Both the position numbers and the translations under genes were made by a program. The notes under the pieces were generated by a model. That model was given only the letters and a program-made list of their open reading frames with translations. It had not been told where the DNA came from and did not search any database. Of a DNA stretch of 64,000 bases, positions 40,791 through 50,000 are shown piece by piece (the first letter of the stretch is position 1; each line of letters starts with the position of its first letter). Origin of the DNA: Daphnia carinata (taxonomy: Eukaryota). The stretch is taken from contig NC_081333.1 in the NCBI RefSeq assembly GCF_022539665.2, forward strand, positions 1,984,001 to 2,048,000, read 5' to 3'.

Positions 40791-40903
40791 TTCTCCAGGC
40801 GAGGCTCGAACTCGCGACCTCGGCATTACTACGATCGTCTACGCATACTGCTATGAATACTGACTTATAAGTACCATGCGCTAACCAACTGCGCCACTGG
40901 AGA
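40791..40903 (-). tRNA. tRNA-Ile(TAT) with 39-nt intron, intact
   Basis: Identical to 37354-37466. Confidence 0.9.
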
Positions 40904-41314
40904 TGTTTTCAATGTTTTGTTTCCTAATCTTATCAAAGTTACACAGTTCAATCAGGCAATCGTAGGAAGCGACGTTATCGTAATCGGACAAGAATAAAAA
41001 CCCAATTCTCTAGGCGAGGATCGAACTCCGGTGTTTTGGTTTCTGTTCCTTCATTGCCATCACGACAGGATAGTGATGGTGGTGAAGTACAGGTACAGGG
41101 TTTGGTAGCGACTCTTCATCGCACTGTTCCATTTCTTTTATCTGTGAGAGTAATTCTTTCTGATTCCCCACCATTGCGTAGTTAGTTTTTTTTTTTAAAG
41201 GAGTTCTAGCATGGACATTCGGCTAACGTGGTATACCGGAAAAGCTATGTGTAATAGTTATTAAAATAAAACAGAAGCTACTGGTGTAACTTGTACAAGG
41301 TGTACCTTCCAAGC

Positions 41315-41653
41315 AAAAAGCGGACTTCCTCCATGCTAAGATATCCTCATGATATTCATTCATGATATTCATGATATATCCTCAAGACCGAGTATCCGGG
41401 TTTCAAAGTGGATCATAACTGCCTACCCCACCTTGTTGGAGGTGGAAGTTTAACCAACAAGCTACCAGTTCGCTACCACGGACTCCCTAAGTCTTGTATG
41501 ACAGCTCTTACCTCTCTAACCAGTTTTGGTTGGATGATACTGGTATCGGCCGCTACCTGTACGAGCCATACCAACTACACGTAGAGTGATAATTGCTGTC
41601 TAGCAAGCCCAATGCTGGGATGAGTGCAACACCCGTTCGTTGGAAGTGCCGCT
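41315..41653 (-). ncRNA. Putative Pol III structured ncRNA, copy 5
   Basis: As copy 1; T5 terminator; promoter 41679-41719. Confidence 0.6.
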
Positions 41654-42858
41654 ACTATGAGGAGTCGCACTACAACCCTTATATACCGTGAATTGAGTCC
41701 CAAACACGGTTGATAACGCCGTGATGCAGTTTTCCACCAACAATCTCATTTAAAATATTTAATGAAATAGCAATTGGTAAATCTAATAAATGAACGTTAT
41801 TCGAAATGTTATGAAGAATACGATTCGACTTCATTATGAAACAAAAATTTATGGAAATAAAAAAAAAACGATAAATTGAGTGAAACTTTGCATAGGGGAA
41901 TACAGCTGTGTTGGGTGCAACTGTGTGCTTGCTATAGGTTTCCCGCTGCCCGCTTTTTGAGATTTTAATATGTAAACTGGCTAGAATTTCGTCACATTTT
42001 TCATAGAGGTTGTCACCATAGTATTACTAGAGTTGGACTGCTGAAGCCTGTCTGCCCGGACAACCGGTGCGCATTGAACGGATTCCACAATTATCCAAAC
42101 GTAAAATAACTCATAAAATGTGTGTTTCAAGAAAAAATTAAGTCACTTTTCGTGATCCTCATTCAATTTCGAATATAAACCATGTATTTTAATAGTTATA
42201 TGAGGTTTTTTTTTAAATAAAAAAAAAATAGAAAAAGTCGGGCTTATATTGTCGGGCTTACAATGTCGGGCTTAAATTTTGAAGACCAATTTTCTCGCGA
42301 AAAAAAAAGGACATTCCGTGATCTTTTTAAAGATCCTCATTCTATTTCGAATGTAAATCATGTATTTTAATAGTCATATCAGAATTTTTTATCAAAATAT
42401 AAATAAAATAGAAAAAGTCGGGCTTATAATATCGGGTTTGTATTTTGAATCCCAACTTTCTTGTGAAAAAGAAAATCGAACATTCCATGATCTTTTTAAA
42501 GATTCTGGCCGCACGATATATGCTGGAAATCACTTGTAAACGAGAATAATCGGAGAAATGCAAACCTTCCTGTTAATACATTTACCAACATTTACCACCA
42601 AAAAATACTTTGCCTTTATCGCCTTGGGTTTTAGAAGCAATCCGGCTGTACGATACGAAATCGGTTTCCGTTTTTACGCAGAGCAACCGAAAGGCTTTAT
42701 GGGAAAACCTACGAGCCAAACTTTCGTTTACTCTACACAGATTATGTTATGGAAATGCTTCGCTCAGGTCACAGGAAGAAGACAAGGACGCGGTAGATAA
42801 TAATGATGCTTGCAAACTATTAATATGGCTAAACTTAATGACTTCATGGACGTGATTA

Positions 42859-42931
42859 AACCTCTGGCGGGACTCGAACCCGCAATCCCCGGCTTATGAG
42901 GCCAATGCATTATCCATTATGCCACAGAGGC
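42859..42931 (-). tRNA. tRNA with Arg(CCT)-type body and CAT (Met) anticodon
   Basis: GCCTCTG TG GCAT AATGGATA ATGC A TTGGC CTCATAA GCCGG GGATT GCGGG TTCGAGT CCCGC CAGAGGT T; all stems pair; anticodon at 42896-42898. Confidence 0.75.
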
Positions 42932-43133
42932 TGCAAGATCTTATCTGCCTTCCAATTAGCAAATTCAGAACTTTTCATTTGGATTAATGTCAGGTTTACC
43001 TTTATCATTGCCTTTATTCCACAAACTATCGTAAGACCCCAAGCGTGAATATGTCCGTTTTTATTCTGGTTATATTAATAAGTTAGCGGAGGCATACAAA
43101 AAACTATTATAAGGAAAAACGCGTATGAGTGTG

Positions 43134-43253
43134 TCTCCAGTGGCGCAGCTGGTTAGCGTATGGTACTTATACGACAGTAATTTCATTGCGTTTCGGGATT
43201 GAGCGATTCACGAAGTAATGCCGAGGTCACGAGTTCGATGCCCGCCTGGAGAA
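43134..43253 (+). pseudogene. tRNA-Ile(TAT) with 46-nt intron, T stem disrupted
   Basis: ACGAG/CCCGC T stem has two A-C mismatches. Confidence 0.7.
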
Positions 43254-43449
43254 TATGTCATTTTTAATCTGCCCGATCTCGAAAGGTTTATTAAAACAGA
43301 GAAAAGAAATTGAAACTTCATTTACTAAACGTAATTGAATGAACGGTAAGTGCTTTGTATCTGTTTCCACTACTATTTTTTCCAACATCCAACTTCAGGA
43401 GATAGCTGTTCAACGACGTCATCCTAATGGAACAAGAATTAAAATCCAT

Positions 43450-43569
43450 TTTTCCAGGCGAGGATCGAACTCGCGACCTCGGCATGTCTTCGGGAATCTT
43501 TAGATTCCTTCGCGCATTCAGATTACTGACGTATAAGTACCATGCGCTAACCAACTGCGCTACTGGAGA
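43450..43569 (-). tRNA. tRNA-Ile(TAT) with 46-nt intron (43486-43531); 2-71 mismatch
   Basis: Cloverleaf otherwise intact; intron has GGAATCT/AGATTCC inverted repeat. Confidence 0.75.
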
Positions 43570-43886
43570 CATCACTTTAAATCATTTTTGAAATATGTAT
43601 TGATGTAGAAAGCGTTTTTCTGCAATAGGAAGGCAAAGATCAATGTTTCCAGATTTTACAACTTTGCATCATCAGTTGGCAGGAAACGAATCTCCTAACA
43701 CAAGTGGTTTCACATTTATGATTTCCACTTAAAAATGAATATGCTGTTCGTCATTGTTAGACGTGTTTTGAGGGAGAAATGAACCTGAAAGCATTGGATT
43801 TTTAAGCGCGAAGTGTAAGGGCAGAAAATGAGCAGTTCGGGTTCCTTGACGTCGTTACAGACCGCGTTCGATTACAGGTTCTTGTA

Positions 43887-45845
43887 TTAACCAATCACAC
43901 TCTTCAAATGATTGGATGGTATTGGGCAGCACAGCTTTTTGTTTCCCGTGAGGCACGCCTTTCCATCCCCCGTTTTGTTTATGATTTTGGCTCTGTAGAA
44001 AGTTCCGCAGTTACCACGGCAGAAGGGCGATGTCCCACTCCAAAAGCATCCCGATTCCTCAAAGCCTACATTTACAGATCGATTAAGACATTTTCTCTTG
44101 CACGCACGTAATAGCTCATTAACACAGAAACTCCAACATTCAATCTAACTCACTCGTGGAATTTTCGACGGAAATCATTCTATTAGACAGCAAAAATCGT
44201 TTGGCTTTCTTACCTATGGGGCGAACGTGATTTGGTTTGTGCGCATGCACCGATGTTGTCCAAACTTCCGGGGGCACCTGTTGTTCAATAGGGTCTTCTA
44301 CCTGGGACGTGTTTGTACCGATGGAAACTTGTTCGGGTTTATTTTGGTCAATCAGTACCGAAGGGGTTTCAAGTTTTAGCTGCTGATCGAGATCCTGTTC
44401 CGGTTTCTGTTGTTCTACTTGAGGAACTTGTTCGGGTATCGCCTCCACTACTGGAATTTGCACCAATTGCGGTAGAGTTACTGGTACCTGTCCAATCACC
44501 ACCGGGACGTCCCCGGGATTCGTTTGCTCTATTGAAACCTGGCCCGGTTTCGTCTCCACCGCTGGAACTTGTACCGGTTTATCTACTGGAACTTGTTCGG
44601 GTTTCGTTTCTACCACGGGAACTTGCACCGGTTGTGGTACATATACTGGAACCTGTCCAGGTTCTGTTTCTACCACGGGAACTTGCACCGGTTGCGGTAG
44701 AGTTACTGGTACCTGTTCGGGCACCACCGAGACGTCTCCAGGATTCTTTTTCTCTATTGAAACCTGTTCCGGTTTCGTCTCCACTGTTGGAACTTGTACA
44801 AGTTGCGATTTATCTACTGGAACCTGTTCCGGTTTCGTCTCTACCACTGGTACTTGCACTGGTTGTGGTACATCTACTGAAACCTGTTCGGGATTCGTCT
44901 CTACCGCTGGAACTTGTATCGATTGCTGTTCACCTACTGGAACCTGTCCAGGTTTTGTTTCTGCCACGGGAATTTGCACCGGTTGTGGTACATCTACTGG
45001 AACCTGTTCCGGTTTCTCACCCGCTACGAAAACCGGCGGGCGATTACGCTCCGTTGCTTGATCCTGTGCTAGCATTGCTGGAATTTTATCCGCTTTATTC
45101 TCTATTACAGGAATTTCGTTTGGTTTTGTTTCCACCTGGACAGAAGCAGAGGGAGTAGGTCTATTATACCAATCCCCATCCGTAGTATATTCCGAATATT
45201 TCCCATCTACGGAAAACTGTTCAGGATTCGTTTGTTCCAAGATTTGTTCTAATTTCTGCTCCTCTTGAGATACTTGATCTGGTTTCTGTTGCTCTACTGT
45301 CATCACGACAGGTGGAATACGGTGGCGATGGGGGTGAGGTTTCCTCTTCACTTCACTATATTGTTCCATTTCCTTCATCTGTGAGCGTAATTCTTGTTGA
45401 TTTCTCATCGTTGCGTAGTTATCTGAAAGTAGATGATAGTTAGATGCCCTACATTCAGGGAAATCAAATAAACAGGAGAAGAAGAATTTGAAAATGAATG
45501 ATTATTTTACACACATACCATAGCGTACATCGTTCAAATGCGCAAATGCATTTTTAAGCCATTCACGCTCTTCTAGTTCTGAAATAACATTGCAAAATGA
45601 TACGATTCATTACGTAATGGACGGATTTTCATGTTATAAAACGTATGAATGTTTCTCATTGTCAATATTGATCTCTATACATTACCATAATCTATTGGAG
45701 TACATTCGACTAACAGAACGATGGCAACGTTTATCACCTGTACGAAATAGAGGCAATTCCTGATCAATGTTTCATCCTCACATTAGAATAAAGGCACTTC
45801 GCTTAAACCTACGATTGAACTTACCAAAAAGATTGAGAAATGCAT
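43887..45845 (-). CDS. Secreted protein (~526 aa) with long Pro/Val/Gln/Glu repeat stalk and C-terminal six-cysteine module
   Basis: Exons 45845-45825, 45737-45686, 45578-45519, 45422-44154, 44065-43887 (GT-AG, phases consistent): MHFSIFLVINVAIVLLVEC...(PEQVPVDVPQPVQVPVVETK)n...GCFWSGTSPFCRGNCGTFYRAKIINKTGDGKACLTGNKKLCCPIPSNHLKSVIG. Confidence 0.85.
44400..45020 (-). repeat. Coding tandem repeat, ~60-bp unit (about ten degenerate copies)
   Basis: GGAACCTGTTCCGGTTTCGTCTCTACCACTGG...CTACT recurs at ~60-nt spacing, encoding ~20-aa PEQVPV/PVQVPVVETK repeats. Confidence 0.85.
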
Positions 45846-46393
45846 CGTGAGAGAAGACGTGGTCTAGCACGGGGACACGACGTATAGCGAATGTCTCAAA
45901 CGTTGCCGAACGTCACGCACTGATATGTCGATACACTCCTAACATCAATTGAATATTTAAATTTAAAAAAAAAACGATACCGGTCTTGCATAATCAGTAG
46001 ACTAAAATATATCTATTGGTGTGGTCTAATTCGCATCCGCTGAAAGAGGAACGGATTTCCTGGCCGGTGCACCAACAATTCAACCATGTCACTATAATCT
46101 GATTGTAGTGTGATATCTCGTGTAGACGCTGATCGACGTTAAATGCCGCACAAGTTTAATGCGGGGAAATCAGTCAGATTGAACAATAAAGAAATTATAA
46201 CAGTTGCGCTATGACGGCGAAATTTCTATTCAAATTCGTTCAAAATTCATCGCCTACCGTGGCGCCCTACGAGGTCTGAATCTTCGCAGGTAAAATCACG
46301 AAAAGTTTAAGGGTGAAATTGTATGTATTAAAACTTGACACCAAATCCGTGTACATGAAACGACTCCGCTTCATCTATGCCAGGATTCAGCCT

Positions 46394-47018
46394 CTACAAC
46401 GGGCAGCAAAGCTTTTTAATGCCAAACCAGCATCTAAGTCCGTCTCCTGATTTATTCCTAGCAATCATAATGAAACCTTTGCCACAGGATCCGTTACAAA
46501 ATGGCGATGTCCCGCTCCAAAAGCATCTTGTGCTTGCCATCAGACGGTATTTGGGCACCGGTACCGTGGCAGTCTTTGAGTACAGAACTGGAACAATAAG
46601 AACTACAATAAATGAATCTGCATTTCAAATATGCATTTGAATTGCGCTAAAGCAAAATTATTCTTACGGTGACGTTCCTCTCTTGAATATGCATCGATAA
46701 TTTCACGCATGTCCGTGCCTAGAAAACAAAACAATGAAATAAACGAATAAAGATAGAAACTTGCAGCCATCCAATCTATGACACTAATGAGCATTTAAAT
46801 GTATACCTTTTGTATTCAAACGCTGCGTGTTAGCTAATGTAACAACGGCCATCGATAGCAGCACCTGAATACAGCAGAAAATGAAAACGATATCAAATTC
46901 AAGTTCGAATCAATTAGCCTAAATTTACTTTGAAAATTTTAAATGAACCAATTTTAGCAAGTGAGCATTAGAATGGGAGTGTCAGGATGTATATTACCAA
47001 GAATATGGAGCAGTTCAT
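46394..47018 (-). CDS. Secreted six-cysteine prepropeptide, diverged paralogue (~107 aa)
   Basis: Exons 47018-46998, 46864-46807, 46718-46668, 46587-46394: MNCSIFLVLLSMAVVTLANTQRLNTKGTDMREIIDAYSREERHLLYSKTATVPVPKYRLMASTRCFWSGTSPFCNGSCGKGFIMIARNKSGDGLRCWFGIKKLCCPL. Confidence 0.85.
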
Positions 47019-50000
47019 ATTGGTCTTAGGAAGCTAATAAATCTCCTGGCTGTTTTGAATATACAACAAGCACAGTCTAGAAATGGAGATCTGGAAATCA
47101 ACTGTAATTCTTTTCGAACGAGATTTGGAATAACGAATGAATATAATGTTCTGTTAAAACGGGCATTTACCAGCGCAGTCCTTGTGGCTTTTCCGTATCC
47201 GGCTGCAATCTGAGTTTGGCTTCCGGAGTATGGTTCATGATCTTGTTCAGGTCTTTCCTGCAATTTCGTGAACAATCATTTCTTATTCAGGTGTTGTAAG
47301 AAAGACAAATGTGATTGGCTTCCTTGCCATACGTTCGGGCACAGTCTCCCTCAAATACATACCAGTTCTTAAACGTAAACACGTCACGACACGAAATTGG
47401 ACAATCAATAACATAACAGATCACTTCACGTATTGAATACGTTGTGTTGAAGTGTAAACACCACAACCAAACGTAACAGAGTGCAGACAGAAATAGCACA
47501 ACACCAGTCAACACTTCGTCTGAAGCCCTTGTATGTTTTCGTGATTCTGCTTGAGCCTGTTACGCAACTGGTAACCATCTAGCGGCGGGAGGCCAAATTG
47601 TTAGTGAACGAAGTTTCGGGACTGAGAACCAAAGAATGGTGGAACCCACCAGAAGATGGAGAGAGAGAGAGGAGCTGTTGCGTTCAGCGTGAAGAAAACG
47701 AGCCAACAACCAGAAACGTGAACGGCATTCAAATGTTTGATCAACTAGAAGAAATTCCTCTTCAAATAAAAGACGAACGCGTCTAGAAGTAAAAACCCAT
47801 TAAACCTGTTTTGTTTTATTTCCGCGTAACGGATTCATAAAGGGACCTGCTGATGGTTGAGTGATGTCAGAACAACACCCTTAAACGATTATAACGAAAG
47901 ATTCTTGTGCCAAGAATTTGTGTTAGCTAACGCATCGCAAAATATGAGATTCACATAACAATTACAGCATTTTCAATTAGGAAAGATAATCGCGATGTGC
48001 TACGCTTGTACACCATTAACTACAATCAAATCATTTAACTTTTAAGTTCTTAATTACACCGCTCTCTTTGAACCGTTACGCCTTCAACACAAAGTCTAAA
48101 TCATAAATAATTCTAGAGCATTTCGAGGAGGATTGACCCTCTTCAAACGGAAGGTGAAACGAACCAGAATTTAGAAACAAAAACTAAAACTAACCCCCTC
48201 CCGAAAAAAACAAATCTGTGTCACTGGAAATGGCCCCACAGGCGGTCGAGTCGGTGACTGAGTGCGTGCGTGTGTGACATCGCAATGTCTCTTCTTTTTC
48301 CTCCCGCTGACACCAGCGGTGCCGTTGACCTCAGCTCCATCAAAAGCAGACGTCACCTAAGAGCAAGACCATATTTGATCATGTGGCCGGCGTTGCGCGC
48401 GCGCACCTTAAACATCCGTCGGCCGCGTTCTTCCCACCCCTAATGCCCCGTGTGTGTTGGGTTAAAGGTTTCCTTCATCCAACCGGGAGGAAGACAATTT
48501 AAAGCGGACGTGTTGCTCTTCTTTCTTTCCTTGTTTGTTTATCCTACAGTTAAAATTTCGAAATGAAAATGCTGGCCGGTGAAAATGGTTTGCTCTTGGT
48601 GTGACCTCACCGGAATGGTGTTGTGCCAAAGCTTCTCGTTCGTTAAAAAGAAAAAAACGATGTAGAAACAGACAAAAGGAACCTTGAATTTGCTATTAAA
48701 TTATTTTATTCTTGGCGTTGGTGGCCATGTTGAACGATAAGTGCGACGCGTCTCTCTCTCTCGAACAGAAGAATTTCGAACATCACCGAGACGAAGAAAG
48801 AAAGAAAAAAACCTTGTTTTTACGAGATTGCAATCGTACGCTAAAGGACATGAAAAAAAAAATGTTGGCGAAAACGGATGCCATTGAAAAATGTGAAAAG
48901 CGGCAAGATGGATCGTTCAATAAAAATATCGCGTGGAATGCAAAAGTTTGGACCTTTTGCTCCGGACGACATTTAATTCTTCCTTGAATTTTTTGAAGAA
49001 AATGAGCTGCTCCGTCGTTGAGCTTATAAATAATGTTTGCGTACATGAATACTAACGAGGCCTTAAACACACAATCTTTATAGTTGAGTAGCTCAAATTC
49101 TAGGAGACCGGATCAGATTGCAGTAAACCAGAACTGAGAGGAGCAGGTTTTTCGTTGCGTTTGTTTACAACTAAAACTGACCTGCAGGTGCACTCTTAAC
49201 GAGAATGCCGTGAAGAGCAGCTATAACATGAGGCCAAAACGACAACGCTAAAATAAAAAATGGCAGTTGCATATAAAAAAAATGACGCAGAAAATTTCAA
49301 GCAATAAAAACTAACATTGATACGATAACACAATTATTACCTGGCCAGCATGTGAACTGAAAGCCATTGCCTTCTTTTTGCATCTTCCGGCTACAATCAG
49401 GTACATTCGTGTAAGGAATTCTCTTCTATTGCAGTTGCTGTTTAATAGGTCCTCATTTTATATGCACACAAAAAAATGGGGGCAATGAAGAATCAGAGTG
49501 TCTTGAAAATATTCCAATGTCCCCTGGAGCCAGAGAACGACAGACGCCGATCGATCTTTCTGATAATATCCAATCAACTGTAGCGTCTAATTCTGTGAGC
49601 GCTGTATTTAAATTTCATTTGTTTTTTATCCTTCCATTTGCTGCGCACACTCATTAGATTCATTTTTTTGTTTTTGTTTAAAGATTCGTGATCTCTATCG
49701 TATGCGTTGGAAAGACCTTGATGCTCCGCTTCCAGCTCTGTGTCAAAGTTATAGGCGATATCCTTTTGAAATCCGGAAAGAAAAAAATGGAGGGGAGAGT
49801 TAGAGATCGGGCATACCTTTGGGGGTGGTCCAATGGGGGGGACGAGTGATCCATGGCCTGCTGCGTGAGTTGGACAGGGTCCCGTTAGATCCATCTCCCT
49901 TGAAGCAACTTACGAGACCTTTGCGGGTGTTTATACCACAGCAGACGCTTCTCATTCAATCTTTTTATCTCTTTTTACCCGATGCTATTGTGAGAGATTC

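Larger units (their letters stand above)
28950..43570. repeat. Higher-order tandem array: five units, alternating ~2.7 kb (A) and ~3.4 kb (B), dimer period ~6.1-6.2 kb
   Basis: Anchor AAAAGCGGACTTCC recurs at ~29010, 31756, 35190, 37878, 41315 (spacings 2746, 3434, 2688, 3437); units share ncRNA, AT-rich repeat, tRNA pair; B units also hold a peptide gene and tRNA-Arg-like gene; fifth unit is more diverged. Confidence 0.95.

Noticed and set aside
44313..45158. 281-aa plus-strand ORF
   Set aside because: Antisense shadow of the repetitive exon; the minus strand has the splice sites and signal peptide.
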